From assembly GCF_001194135.2 (NCBI RefSeq), contig NC_068989.1, positions 22,881,838-22,945,828 of the forward strand: a stretch of 63,991 nucleotides of DNA, in the 5' to 3' direction. Origin of the DNA: Octopus bimaculoides. Its lineage: Eukaryota. The notes beneath the pieces were generated by a model. The model was not told where the DNA came from and ran no database searches. It saw only the letters and a list, made by a program, of their open reading frames with translations. The translations under genes were made by a program, and so were the position numbers. Positions 24,558 to 38,342 of this stretch are shown here, piece after piece (positions within the stretch are counted from its first letter, which is position 1; each line of letters starts with the position of its first letter).

Positions 24558-24696
24558 CTGGTAGCAGAACCAGATGTCATCGGCTTGATACAACGTGACT
24601 AAGCTTTGTAAATATTCATATCGTTTGTGTTCTTGAAGATTGAGTTCCTGCTCAAAACCTCGTAATGGTAATTTAGACAGCTTGTCCATGAAATAC
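24558..24696 (-). CDS. KIAA0825: KIAA0825 exon C (139 nt, phase 2 to 0): (R)YFMDKLSKLP...LYQADDIWFCYQ
   Basis: Acceptor ttcatttatattatag, donor gtaaac; bridges exons B and D in frame. Confidence 0.87.
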
Positions 24697-24906
24697 CTAT
24701 AATATAAATGAAAAAAACAATCTATAAATATATACAGATCGATATACATATATTTTATACATATTTATATATATTATGAATGAACAAATAAACACACAAA
24801 TATACATACATATATCAATAGACAAATATTCATACGCATACATATATATATATGAACAAATATACATATACACATAAATATACATATATAAATACACAAA
24901 TAGTCA

Positions 24907-24940
<34 letters not shown>

Positions 24941-25488
24941 CATACATACATACACACACACACACATAAACATACATACAAGTGCCTTGTATGACTGTGG
25001 TAAAAAATTTGCTTCCATGGGCAAGTGTCTTCTATTATAGCCCCAGGCAAACTGAAGCTTTGTAAATGAATTTTTTGTACATGGAAACAGCTAAAAAGCC
25101 TCTCATGTGTGTGTCCCCTTTCTGTCGCAACTGCACCATCTTTCTCTCCACCCCCTCTCTCTCTCTTCTCTATCTCAGGTAGCTATGTCTGTCTTCTAAT
25201 GCAAAACACCTTTCTGTCCCTCAATACTAAACCCCAACCGAGTTGAGAGGTCTTGTCCTGGAAGTTACTTGGTGACCTCACTGCTGCTGGTGCCACATAA
25301 AATGCACTCATTACACTCTGTAAAGAGGCTGGCATTAAGAAGGGTATCCAACCATAGAAACCATGCCAAAACAGATAACAGAGCTTTGTGTAGTCTTCTG
25401 ACTTGCCAGTTCTTGTCAAACCATCTTATCAAACCAGCATGGGAAACAGACATTAAATGATGATGATGTATGTGTGGGTATGTGTGTG

Positions 25489-25519
<31 letters not shown>

Positions 25520-25669
25520 CTGTGTGTGTGTATGTGCGTGTGTCAGTAACTTAAACCAGTTAAGTGTCAGTTTGAGAATGATAGATGTGTACTCTACAAA
25601 AGTAATGTAAAATTGTTTTTGTTATAACTGAACATAAAAACAAACATTAATATATACATATGTAATAAT

Positions 25670-26087
25670 GGTAGGAGTGGCTGTGTGGTAAGTAGCTTTC
25701 TTACCAACCACATGGTTCCGGGTTCAGTCCCACTGAATGGCACCTTGGGCAAGTGTCTTCTACTATAGCCTCGGGCCTACCAAAGCCTTGTGAGTGGATT
25801 TGGTAAACAGAAACTGAAAGAAGCCCGTCGTATATATGTATATATATATATATATGTATGTGCGTGTGTATGTTTGTGTGTCTGTGTTTGTCTCCCCAAC
25901 ATCGCTTGACAATTGATGTTGGTGTGTTTGGGACCCCGTAACTCAGCAGTTCAGCAAGGGAGAACAATAGAATAAGTACTAGGCTTACAAAGAATAAGTC
26001 CTGGGGTCGATTTGCTCGACTAAAGGTGGTGCTCCAGCATGGTCACAGTCAAATGACTGAAACAAGTAAAAGAATAAGAGTAAAGAG
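25670..26087 (+). mobile_element. SINE family A1, full length
   Basis: Colinear with 18079-18700. Confidence 0.85.
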
Positions 26088-27239
26088 TATGATATACATG
26101 AATATATATATACAAACATCATCAACATTTAATGTCCATGCTACCCTGGACCAGATGGTATAGTCTGACAGCATCCAACAGAGCAGAAGACTGCATTAAG
26201 CTCCAATGTATGTTTTGAGGTGGTTTCTATTGTTGTATGTCTTTCCTCCTTCCTACAGGCAACTACTTTACTAAGTCTGCTGGATGCTTCTTTGGCACCA
26301 TCACTATTGGGGTTGCCATGATGTCTGCAATACTAGGATCCTCTTGAAATTGCTGTAGGGGAGCTATATAGCTACTCACATTACAGATGAGTGGGTGGAT
26401 GTAACAAAAGTAGAACTGGAATGAGAGATAAAATAGGGGTGAAGTACCAGGAGGTGAGTAGAAGTGAGTGGAGACAGAAGAACAGAGCAGATGGGTAGAG
26501 GTTGCAAGAGTGTATGGGAGAGTGAAGAGTGGTTAGAGATAGAGGATGCATCAGAGGTGGATATAATGGAGAGCAGATGTTGAGGGATGATAAGTAGGGA
26601 AAGTAGAGAAGAGTAGGTGACAGCTGTAGAAGTTGGGTAGGTTTGAAGGATGAATGTAGCGAATGGTTGATAAAGGGTGGTGGGTGACCAATGATATATG
26701 TGATTTGGAGGAGTGTAGGAAATGACTCACAATGCAGCAAGGAGAGGGAGAAGAGTACAATAGACAAGGAAGATGAGAGAAAGAGAGAGATGTGAGCAAC
26801 CAATGTAAAATGTAGGTGGAGAGAACAGTATTACAAATGATGGATAACAAGTAAAATATTTCCAGATGGTGAGAAAAGATAAATGGTATAAAGGAAAAGC
26901 TGAAGTGTGCAGTTCTGCTCACAGCAGAATATTGCAGTTAGAGAAGTACACTACATCTGTTTCTTCTTATACCCAGTTTTTTTTTTCAACCCATTTGTAC
27001 TTTGTCATTCATGCACACTTACACTGCATATCCAATGCAGTATGCTTGCTTCATTTCTTTCCAGTTTTCTTAAGTCTTCAAGGTCCATGTCTCACTACCA
27101 AGTGGCATTACAATTCTAACACAAGCATCATATAATCTGCCCTTTACTCTGAGGGGAAAAAACTTTTTCAAGAAGGAGCTACATTACACAGTTACTATAG
27201 CATTATGACTGAGTACTGAAATAACATCCCAACCATTCT

Positions 27240-27665
27240 AAAATGAATGTGATCTATTTTGACTTTGCCAAAGCCTTCAATAAAAGAAGTTGATCACAGA
27301 ATGGTATGTTACATATTGCATGACATTGGTATAGCTGGAAAACTAAAGGAGTGACTACATGTCTTCTTAAAAGGTAGGAATCAAACATCCAAATAGTTGC
27401 AGACAATGGTGCTTCCTCCAAGAAGACATCAATTTATAGAGGAGTCCCTCACATAGTCAAACTAGAGCAACTGCTGTTTGTGGTGAGCTTCTCAGACACT
27501 TTGTCATACAGTAAGCCACTCTCACCAGCTACACTAACAGTACAAAAGTATTACATGCAATACAAAATTTTTGATGATAATGCAAAACTACAGAAAGCCC
27601 TGAACATAATATATGAATAGGCTGAAGAAAACAACACACAGTTCAATGCTGAAAAATTAGCATGT
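27240..27665 (+). mobile_element. Old CR1-group LINE reverse transcriptase fragment
   Basis: Degenerate VIYFDFAKAF...LHDIGIAGKL; homologous to 32040-32480. Confidence 0.7.
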
Positions 27666-29699
27666 TTTGGTTTAGTTTTCACAATTTGATTCAGTTCTGA
27701 TACAAAGTTACTCATTTCCCATACACATCAGAAACCAAATCTTGCTCACGCTATATAAATAGTATTATAATTTACTGCAAATATGTACTGTATATTATTT
27801 CAATGATCTAATCTTGTACAGAGTATTATAATTTATTTTGACTAAGTATCAAGTTATTTTTATTAAAAGAAGCATCTAGTCAATTTAATTGACAAAGTCT
27901 GTTATTAAGAAACACAAGGACAAACCAATGAGATCTTCAATATGATTGCTCAATTGGCTAGAAAGAACAGACGAATCTCCTTAAAATTATACATTCTTTC
28001 TGTTAAGATGTAGAAGAACACAGATAATGTAACCATGGATACAATATGTCTAATTTAACACAAAAAAAAAAAAAAAACAGAATGGTCTTGACTGGAACAT
28101 CTTCAGTTATATGTTTTCTGAATCAGAATTGAGCTGGAGGCAAAACAGAGAAAAAGTAAGGTATAGCATCTGCAGCTTTGAGACTAAATGTGGCAGTTGA
28201 TAATTTTGAAATATTAATTAGCCTCTCTCTACGTTTGCAAATCCAAATATTAATATTTTCATATATGAAAGAAGAAAGCATCTACTTCCAAGTCTCATAT
28301 GGCACAAGTTCTTCTCACTTATTCTCAATAATGCTTTTAGGAAAGCCATGAATGTGACAATATCAAATTTTCTCTTCCTCTAAAATGAAAAGCTGATATT
28401 TTCTAACAAGAGCTAAATGAAAAGGTGTTTGAAACCCCAGTTAATAGCTAATCATTTAGGGAACTAATTAAAGCAAAGATGTAGGGAAAGAAATACCCAT
28501 TAAATATATATTACAATCTACAACCACAGATCAAACTTGTCAAGTAATTTATTTCAGTATTTCATTTTAGTGTTATTTAATTGCTAATTATATTACATAC
28601 TAGATTAAAAGCTGCCCTATCAGGCAGCTTTTAAGCTAGCTCCTGTGGATGGCTCTTCATTAGGCCTTGGGTCCAACAATGACACTTCATGCATTAAATA
28701 AATATTAAATTTTATTAAACTTGAAAAGTATTTTTCAAGCAATGAACAATTTTCTTCAAAACAATGATATAATTTGTCAACTTGGAACTTCTTGCAAAGC
28801 TGCATGATAAACAACAGTGCCACCACCATTGCCACTACATCTGCCATGCACACACACCAGACTTCTGATGCCACCACCATCAATACCTTTGACTTTGCCA
28901 CCTTCCCCTCTACTACTATCACCACTGTCTTTCACGTCACTTTCTCTCACCATCATTCCTGAGCACCTCAGCTACTAACACCACCACCACCTCCACAACT
29001 ACAGCTCATACTATTACTATCACCCCATTACCATCATTCAGTATGCTAGTTCAGTATGTTGGTTCAGTGTTCAGTCCCTCTTTCTCTCTTATTATTACTC
29101 CCACTGCCACCATCAACACTACTACTTATGATAAAAACATCATCAACTCTCCCTAAATTTCTGTCTCTCTTTCTCTCCCTCTCTTTTTCTTTCTTTCTTT
29201 CTCTCTCTCTCTCTCTTCACCACTGCTCTCACCGCCTTTGCCTATTATTACTCTCACCCCAGTATGAGCAACAGTTGAAGTGTCAATGCATAGTGCAAGA
29301 GAGGGTCGAAGTGTAACACACTGACACACAGAAATTAGTTTTCACATTTATTATATTAGATATAAATGTTTTAATTATTTTATTTTAAATTCATAAGCAT
29401 TTAGTGGCTAGACTTTAGTAAAGATGCAAGATATGTAAATACAAACATAATCCATTTTCTTTTTTCTTTGCTCTAACATCCACTTTTCCATGCTTGCATG
29501 GGTTTGATGGAATTCACTGACGCAGATTTTTTATGGCTGTATGCTCTTCCTGTCACCAACCCTGACCTGTCTCCAAACAAGTTAAAGTTTTCCAATAGCC
29601 AGAGATAAACAACATTGTTTGTATCATTTAAGTCACACAATTAAAGGACACATTCACACACACAAATATAACACATATATAAGTGACAGAGGCAGTATC

Positions 29700-30430
29700 A
29701 ATACCAAGAGTTAATATTTATCCCCACTTAAACGTGAATGTTCTCTGTTAGAACAAACTATACTGTGGTGGATATCATGAGAGAAACACACAGTGGTTTT
29801 TTGGTGCAAAATGCAGCCTTGTTTATATCACAAAAGGGGAGATAAATCCCCACTACCTCAAGTGCTGAGACTACCAGATAACGTGATTTGGACCTTTCTT
29901 GGTCTTATCAATGACGGACACTCAAACCGTTAGAGATAGCAGCGACTCATCTCCCCACAAGCAATATATATCAAAACAGCACCAGAACAGGTGCTGGTAT
30001 CGTGATTCACCTGTGAGATGTTCTGACAGAACATCCACATTTACACTTAAGTAGGGATAAATATTATTGGGAGAATGTACGAAAAATAACAACAACAGAT
30101 GAGGACAGGTGGTGTAAACAACAAAAAGATGTATTAGTTTGACGCTCGGGAATACAGAAAGTCTTTAACGTTTCGAGCTACGCTCTTCAACAGAAATAAT
30201 ACGGAGAAAACAAGGAGAAAAACACGAAGAAAAAAATTGAATGGTCTTCGGTCAACGATTTATCATGGCTTCTGTGGACAGGAAGTTTAGAAAGTTCAGG
30301 CAGGAGAGCTAAGAAAAAGGGGAGATAACAAAAGGGGGAAGAAAGAACGGTGACCGAAGAACGAGGAGCTGTGTGTGTGTGTATGTGTGTGTGAGAGAGA
30401 GAGAATGCTGGTGATCTTGACGTATGCATG
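29700..30430. mobile_element. Probable Penelope-like element remnant
   Basis: Carries a PLE-type minimal hammerhead motif (30165-30197); no intact ORF. Confidence 0.4.
30165..30197 (-). ncRNA. Degenerate minimal hammerhead ribozyme motif
   Basis: Minus strand reads ttt CTGTTGA A GAGC-gta-GCTC GAAA CGT TA aag, with palindromic AACGTT stem III. Confidence 0.45.
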
Positions 30431-32039
30431 TGTGAAAAAATGGGGAGGGGAGAAAGGAGTTGGTCAGTTGTAGTGTGTGCGTGGTGTGATAAATATTATT
30501 CCTCTCTCTCTCTGTATACATATATATATGTGNNNNNNNNNNNNNNNNNNNNNNNNNNNNNNNNNNNNNNNNNNNNNNNNNNNNNNNNNNNNNNNNNNNN
30601 NNNNNNNNNNNNNNNNNNNNNNNNNNNNNNNNNNNNNNNNNNNNNNNNNNNNNNNNNNNNNNNNNNNNNNNNNNNNNNNNNNNNNNNNNNNNNNNNNNNN
30701 NNNNNNNNNNNNNNNNNNNNNNNNNNNNNNNNNNNNNNNNNNNNNNNNNNNNNNNNNNNNNNNNNNNNNNNNNNNNNNNNNNNNNNNNNNNNNNNNNNNN
30801 NNNNNNNNNNNNNNNNNNNNNNNNNNNNNNNNNNNNNNNNNNNNNNNNNNNNNNNNNNNNNNNNNNNNNNNNNNNNNNNNNNNNNNNNNNNNNNNNNNNN
30901 NNNNNNNNNNNNNNNNNNNNNNNNNNNNNNNNNNNNNNNNNNNNNNNNNNNNNNNNNNNNNNNNNNNNNNNNNNNNNNNNNNNNNNNNNNNNNNNNNNNN
31001 NNNNNNNNNNNNNNNNNNNNNNNNNNNNNNNNNNNNNNNNNNNNNNNNNNNNNNNNNNNNNNNNNNNNNNNNNNNNNNNNNNNNNNNNNNNNNNNNNNNN
31101 NNNNNNNNNNNNNNNNNNNNNNNNNNNNNNNNNNNNNNNNNNNNNNNNNNNNNNNNNNNNNNNNNNNNNNNNNNNNNNNNNNNNNNNNNNNNNNNNNNNN
31201 NNNNNNNNNNNNNNNNNNNNNNNNNNNNNNNNNNNNNNNNNNNNNNNNNNNNNNNNNNNNNNNNNNNNNNNNNNNNNNNNNNNNAAATGTATGTGTGTTT
31301 TTCCAGTGTTTACAAATAACACGGAAAAAGAAATAAACAGTTACCAGGGTAGCAAAAATTCACACAAGTAACAAGGATGTAACAGCTTATTTATAAATGT
31401 AGAAACTCCAGGTTTTGGTTAAATGTTTTGTATAATATAGATAAATAAATAAATGGAGTTAAATGCAGGTATTATTCAAATTCTTTTACTTCCAACATAT
31501 GTTTCAAAGACACCATTGGCATTATTCCATAAAGATAAAATGGTGTAAAACAATGCAATCTTCTCATCAGGGAAAGAAAGAAACCAAACACATGAATAGG
31601 ACATTTTAACAGAATGTGAAGACTGCGTGTATAACAAAGGGAATGCTATCAAGTTTTGTTTTTTTTTAAACTGTTAGTAGATATAATGTCAAAGGTAGTT
31701 TATAGAAAGAGAAGGAAGAGAAAGAAAGAAATTAGCAGAAAACTAATAGTGGAGAGATATAGAGTGATAGGTGAATTAATATAAAGTTTAAAGGAACAGA
31801 AGTAGATATATTTAGTGAAAGTGCAATGTGAGAAGACAATCAAAGGTTGAATTTTATAGAATGGTAGAAATCACTTAAAGAAACTAAAGGTATGTTTCTG
31901 CCAATGTGTGCAACAATAAATGCATTCTATAAACATGTTTACAAGGGGGTTCTTTGAGAATAGGATAAAAAACATTTCATTATTACAAAGGGAGCAAAAA
32001 GATTTACCTTTGCTCTAAGGTAAAGAAATAGAGAGAATG

Positions 32040-33310
32040 TTCCATTCCAAATTAAATTGTTTATTATGATCTTTTAGATACCAATGGATGTGATGTATCT
32101 CAACTCTGCCAAGGCCTTTGACAAGGGCAATCATGGGTTGGTCTGTCACAAATTGCATGACCTCGGTATCGCTGGCAGACTGGGAGAGTGGCTGCATGAT
32201 TTCCTGAAGGGCAGAAGTCAATGTCAGAGCAAATGGTGCTCTCTCTGAAGTGACACCTATCCTCAGCTGAGTTCTCCAAGGAACAGTGCTGGGGCCACTA
32301 CTGTTTGTAGTTGCTCTCTCAGCCACAGGGTCAGCCACACTCACCAACTACACTGACAATACAAAAGTATCGCAGGTGGTCAAGGATCCTACTAACATCC
32401 TAAGACTGCAGAATGACCTGAACGCAATATATAAGTGGGTAGATGAGAATAATATGCAGTTCAATGCCATTAAATTTCAAGCACTCCATTATCAGTCCAC
32501 AAACAAACAACAACTGAAGTACACAAGACCAGCAAGTAATGTAATCCCAGAGTTAGAGTCGGTGCGCGACCTGAGAATCCACATGAGCAGTGACGCAACT
32601 TTCCATGAGCACATTGCTCAGATGGCAACACTATGCAGGCAGGTAGTAGATCGGATCCTTAGATCCTTCAGGACCAGGAACAGAGACACAATGCTACTGC
32701 TTTGGAGAAACTTTGTCCTCAGTCATCTGAACTACAGTACTCAAATGTGGTCACCATAGAGCGTAAGACTAATTACGGAACTAGAGGCAATCCAGAACCA
32801 CTACACAAAGAAGATAGACTCAGTAAAACAAATGGGCTACTGGAAGAGGTTAAAGGAACTGAGACTCTACTCCCTGAAGAGGAGACGTGAGAGATATGCA
32901 GTGCTATACATATGCAAAATAATGGAGGGTCTAGTGCCAAATTTCGGAATCAAAAGCTACAATCCCTGAACTGGACAGTATTACACAGTACCAAAGGTCC
33001 CATCTTCTCCATTGAGGATACAAACCCAATATTGTGACAGCTTTGGATTCAAGGGACCACAACTTTTCAATGTCCTACAACAAAACATCAGTGATCTGCA
33101 AGGTGTGGACATGGAAGTCTTCAAAAAACGTCCAGACAGTTTTTTATTTGCAATACAAGATAAACCTACAATGCAGCAGGAGGCACAAAAAAAGAGCGGC
33201 AACATCCAACCCACTACTTCACTGGAAGCAATACTGGAAAAAAACTCCGGATGCAGTAAAGGTGGTGCACCAACATGGCCTTGGCCTCTGGCTGAAACCC
33301 ATAAAAGATA
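32040..33310 (+). mobile_element. CR1-group (CR1/L2/Zenon-type) LINE, 5'-truncated, frameshifted RT through 3' tail
   Basis: AKAFDK (frameshifted), QGTVLGPLLF, YTDNTKV (degenerate YADD), LQNDLNAIYKWVDENNMQFN, LNYSTQMWSP. Confidence 0.85.
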
Positions 33311-35005
33311 TATGTGTGTGTGTGTGTGTATAAGAAATAATTGAGATTCAGTTGAATTATGCACTTAAGTTGAAGCACCAAGCCAGATCGGTATTATCCG
33401 CACAGCTCGAAGTAAAGTGAATAAAATCAAAATAAGCAACAGGATATCAAGTAGTGATGCAGTATGACCATTTCAAGCATCTCCATTTAATTGGACAATG
33501 CAATCATTACATCAATTTAAAAGTAGTGCCATCTTCAGCTGCACAAATAAATAGAATTTTAACAAGTAGGACACATTAATAAATTTTTCTGAAATATTTT
33601 ACAGAGTAAGAAGATAAAAGAAATTCATGCTGTCACTATTGTTGTAGTGTTGTAACACTATGGTGTTGAAGGGCATAAGCGACCTCATGCCACTTAAGAC
33701 ATAGTCTTCTCCCAAACACCTTTTTATTTACTGGTTCATTTCTCTTCTTTATTTGCCCCTGTAATGGTCTTAATTTGCCTTTGGTTTAAATATTATTGAC
33801 CAATTGTAGAGATGGCAGGACTTTGGTCAGTTCCATTACAGAAAACAGGTGTTTGGTCTCTAGAATATTTCAGTAAGTACATTATTATAAAAACACTACG
33901 GGCTTTGTTTTGGATAAATATAAATTGGCTCTATTTATGAAATCGTAAGTACTATAGGTTTTCGAAACATATTGGCAATTCCTGTTTTACTTAAGCACTA
34001 GTTTTATCCTACAACTATTTATACACCATGGAACCTCTACATAAAGAGACAACCCTTAAATTATTTCTCTAGCTCTAGGAAGTTAGTTTTTGTATGCGGC
34101 AGATGTTCAGGTGCAATAAACACTNNNNNNNNNNNNNNNNNNNNNNNNNNNNNNNNNNNNNNNNNNNNNNNNNNNNNNNNNNNNNNNNNNNNNNNNNNNN
34201 NNNNNNNNNNNNNNNNNNNNNNNNTGGCACAGGAGCCAATCCATGGCCCTGGCAACAATCATGCTTGGGTGTGCTTTTAACATTCCACTGGCACAATTTG
34301 TTTTTCATCCCCTTCGAAATTACTCTTAACCATGGTTTGGGCTTTGACTGCTCCTTTTAGCATGTAAGGTGTGCTGTTAGGGTCACCTCTTTTGTGTAGA
34401 AATGTACACTAATTTTATATGAAAAATATGTTGTCTATTGACTATTTTATGCATGCTGGCCACTGGTAAAATAATTTCTCTAATTCTTCTTCCATATATA
34501 TGTGCGTGTGTGTGTGTGTACACATATATATGTATATATGCATGTACATATATATATACATATATCTCAAGTGAGCAAGCAAGCGAGCATTTAAACCAGC
34601 TGTCATCTGGCCCAAATGTTCTATATGTTTTATGTTGAAAGTGACTGGTTCTAGCCTCTCACACCTACCCTACAATGTCATTCTAAAACTAACGAATTAC
34701 ATCCTTGAAATTTTGAAGTTACAAGATAGTGTACGGTAAATTGAAGACAATGTGAATGAATAAGCATTATATTTGATAGGATAAATCTGAATGCTAAAGG
34801 TTTAAATTTAGTAAACTGAAAATACATTACAAATATAAAGATTAATTTAAGAACAAAACAAAAAGGAATAACAGGTAAATGATAAATATAAATAAAAGGG
34901 GAAAAAGGAAAGGGAGAAGGTAACATCAGAATGTAAAAGAGAAAAAAAAACACATGACTTGAGGAAAACTGGGAAAAACATTAACTGCAGACTATATCAA
35001 TGTAC

Positions 35006-35217
35006 CTGCGAAATTTAAGTGCTATTTGATCCCAGTTCTGTTCTATGAGTGTCTCATGGTTGTCCTGCACAGAATTCAGAGAGGCCACTGACGTCTCTGT
35101 TGTGTGCGGACTGAGAGCAGAGCGGAGTGGTAATGAAATACCTTCAGAAGATGAAAGCGCCATCAGATCTTCAAAGATAAGTTCTTCACAGCCTGGATGC
35201 TTTTCAAGACTATTTTG
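35006..35217 (-). CDS. KIAA0825: KIAA0825 exon B (212 nt, phase 0 to 2): QNSLEKHPGCEELIFEDL...NWDQIALKFR
   Basis: Acceptor tttatgttttgcag, donor gtacat; WDQIALKFRR resembles recalled human WDDIRLHLRR. Confidence 0.87.
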
Positions 35218-35264
35218 CTGCAAAACATAAAAAAGAAAAAAAAATCATCTATATATACATACAT

Positions 35265-35302
<38 letters not shown>

Positions 35303-35915
35303 TAGGCTGAAAATATCATGTCGCATTGTTGACATGATCACCTTCAAGGTATTTTTTCAATACTTCTGGTAAAATAAGCATCAATTTTTTCATTCTAATA
35401 TTTTGTTATTCTTTCTTTATGCCATAGTGGTCAAATTTGTACCAAGTTTACCCTTTTAAAAAGGGTTTAGATCAGACCCATATCACATACTGCATGCTTT
35501 ACGAATTCAAAAGGGTCTCTTCAGCAATGGAAGTGATATGAAACATTTGTTCTAGTTATGGAAACGAAACTAAGTATTCAGCCATACCAACAATGGTTTG
35601 ACCAGTTTCACTGGGGAAATTTTTCTCTTGCAGATTCTAGTCCATCTAGACAAAACCTGACTGATAAAGCTCAAAGAGCATCTAGATATACCACCACCAC
35701 TACTAGATGTTTTTCATTTGCTACTGATATGTTTGAGTTATTTAACACTGTACATCTATAACAGATATTACCTCAAAACAAATACCCCAGTTAATTAGGC
35801 TTTCTATAATGTATCTGTGTTAGGTATGATGCATATATATATATATATATATATATTGCTATTTGAAACTGTTTCTGTTGCACATAGTAAATGCGTGTGT
35901 GTGTGTGTGTGTGTA

Positions 35916-36739
35916 CAGGGTACAATGGGTAAATTGTCACCATTTTATATTTTGGATTTTGGACATGTGCAGTGTTTCTTTTTGATTTTGTCAACTACAC
36001 AGTATAGTTGGGTCAGTTGGGCACCATCTATGAGAAAAACAGCATCATGACACAGTTCACTCTACCAGAAATTTTGAAACGACATGCTGTACTGCTTGAC
36101 ATTCGCAGAAGAAGCAATAAAAGTCACACTGAGAGTGATAAAAGTCAAACATCCAGTCAACATCATGGTGTTTGGAGTGATCACTAGTGAAGGCGACGTT
36201 ATGTCTCCATTCATCTTCCCCACACAGCCCCAGACTCAACATGGAGGCCTACAAGTACCTGGAAGAGGTAATGCTGCTGTGGGTCAAGAGGGTGGCTGCT
36301 GGAAGACCCTATGTATGGCAACAGGACTCTCCACCATGTCACACAAGCAGGAGAACCCAGTCATGGCTGTCAGACAATTTCTGCAACCATATCACCCCAA
36401 ACATCATGTCACCTCACTCACCAGACTGCAACCTCCTTGATTATTATTTGCAGGGTGCAACTGAGCTCGAGACCAACAAAACTCCTTGTAACACCAAAGA
36501 TGAACTGAAGGCAAGGATTATGGCAGCATTCACCAAGTTAAACAAGTAGACCGTCCAGAAGAGTTGCAAGAGATTCCGAAGTCGTCTGAAGGCCATGGTT
36601 AAAGCCAATGGAGATTTTATTGAATAAATTTACTCTTTAGTATTTTAAGATATTTTTATGTAATTTTGGTAAATATATCTGTTAAAATGAGATGTCAGTG
36701 TTATTTTCATTTTTGCATAATTTAGACAACAGTTTATTC
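35916..36739 (+). mobile_element. Internally deleted Tc1/mariner transposon, DD37D (maT/Bmmar1-type); 3' end runs into gap
   Basis: TA-CAGGGT start; IMVFGVITSEG; YVWQQDSPPCHTS; SPDCNLLDY with 37 residues between the 2nd and 3rd Asp. Confidence 0.8.
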
Positions 36740-36935
36740 NNNNNNNNNNNNNNNNNNNNNNNNNNNNNNNNNNNNNNNNNNNNNNNNNNNNNNNNNNNNN
36801 NNNNNNNNNNNNNNNNNNNNNNNNNNNNNNNNNNNNNNNNNNNNNNNNNNNNNNNNNNNNNNNNNNNNNNNNNNNNNNNNNNNNNNNNNNNNNNNNNNNN
36901 NNNNNNNNNNNNNNNNNNNNNNNNNNNNNNNNNNN

Positions 36936-36992
<57 letters not shown>

Positions 36993-37811
36993 CACACAGA
37001 CAGACAGACAGAGCTACACATACACACACACATGTAGATATGTTCATATACACATACATGTACACATACATGTACACACACACACACACACGTATACACA
37101 CACATGTGCATATACATGTACTGGTGCCAGCCAATAACTTAGGCTCCCTCAAAGTGACAAGTGAGTGAGAACCTCTCCAGTGCTGGCACATAAACTGTAC
37201 CCAGTAAATCCTGTAAAGTAGTTGGTAAACTGACTAGAGAAGAATACATAGGATTCTTGAGGCCCTTTATTCAACTTCTCTGAAGTTAGTGCCACAAAAA
37301 ATACACCTGGTGCACTCTGTAAAGTTTTTTAGCGACAGGAAAGGAATCCAATTGTAGAAACCAGAGCCAAATGACATGCACGAATAGCAGTCTGTGGAAA
37401 CAGCAGTGACTCAGATCATGATTCAGATCATGATTGTCCAACCATGCCAGTTGCCATGGAAAGTGGACATAATGATGATGGTGGTGATAATGGTACCTGC
37501 GTGTGTGTGTGTGTGTGTGTGTGTGTATGCTTGTGCAAGTGTTTGTTTCTGTGTGTATTCACACTGACACCATTTGAGCACTGGTACATTTGTCTGTGTC
37601 TCCCATAAACAATATGTCCCATGGTTCAATAGTGGCAGTGTTTTAGTCTAAAGATCTGCAGGATAAAAAAATACCATATTTAGAAATTTAATAAAAAAAA
37701 TTTTAAAAACCATCGTGGCTGACAACAAGAAAGGTATCCAGCTTCAGGATACTACCTCATTCAGTCTCTTCAAACACCAACTCAAGCCAGCACAGGTAAA
37801 TGTGACTGAAC

Positions 37812-38035
37812 ATAAATGATGATGATGATAACAATGGTGGTTGTAATGATGATACTGATGCTGGTCATGATGATGGTGGTGGTGATGATGGTAATAGTGA
37901 CGATGGTGATTGTGGTGATGATGATGATGGTAGTGATGATGATGATGGTAGTGATGATGATAATGATAGTCACAGTAGTGGCAGTGATGGTGGTGATGAT
38001 AATAATGATTGGTGGTAATGATGATGATGATGACC
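37812..38035. repeat. Compound (ATG)n/(GTG)n low-complexity tract
   Basis: Directly visible. Confidence 0.9.
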
Positions 38036-38342
38036 TTAGATCAAATCAAGTGTTTCCTATTTTCTAAAACATTTCCAAAGGGCAAACTGATCTCTCACGA
38101 AAATATTAAACAATATTTATATAAAATCATATTAAAGGGAAAAAGTCAAAAGCTGAATATCTAAAGAGAGCAAGAAGAGGAAGATGTAAAAAAATGATGA
38201 GAAAAAGAAAGAATGGAATACGAAAGGATGGGGAAAAAAAGAGAGACAGTCAGAACTTAAGATGACTTATCTGATGGTGAAACTATTTAAACTGGAGTTG
38301 AAGATATAAATAAAGGCTTCTAATATATATAATTAACAGTAT

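Noticed and set aside
28319-28379. 61-nt exon-like segment (ttttag ... gtgaga) in intron B-C
   Set aside because: Not needed for the frame, stops in the entering phase, no resemblance to KIAA0825; weaker signals than 23181-23244
28620-28962. ORFs of 101 and 62 aa
   Set aside because: Driven by a CAC/TAC low-complexity tract and AT-rich sequence; no splice or homology support
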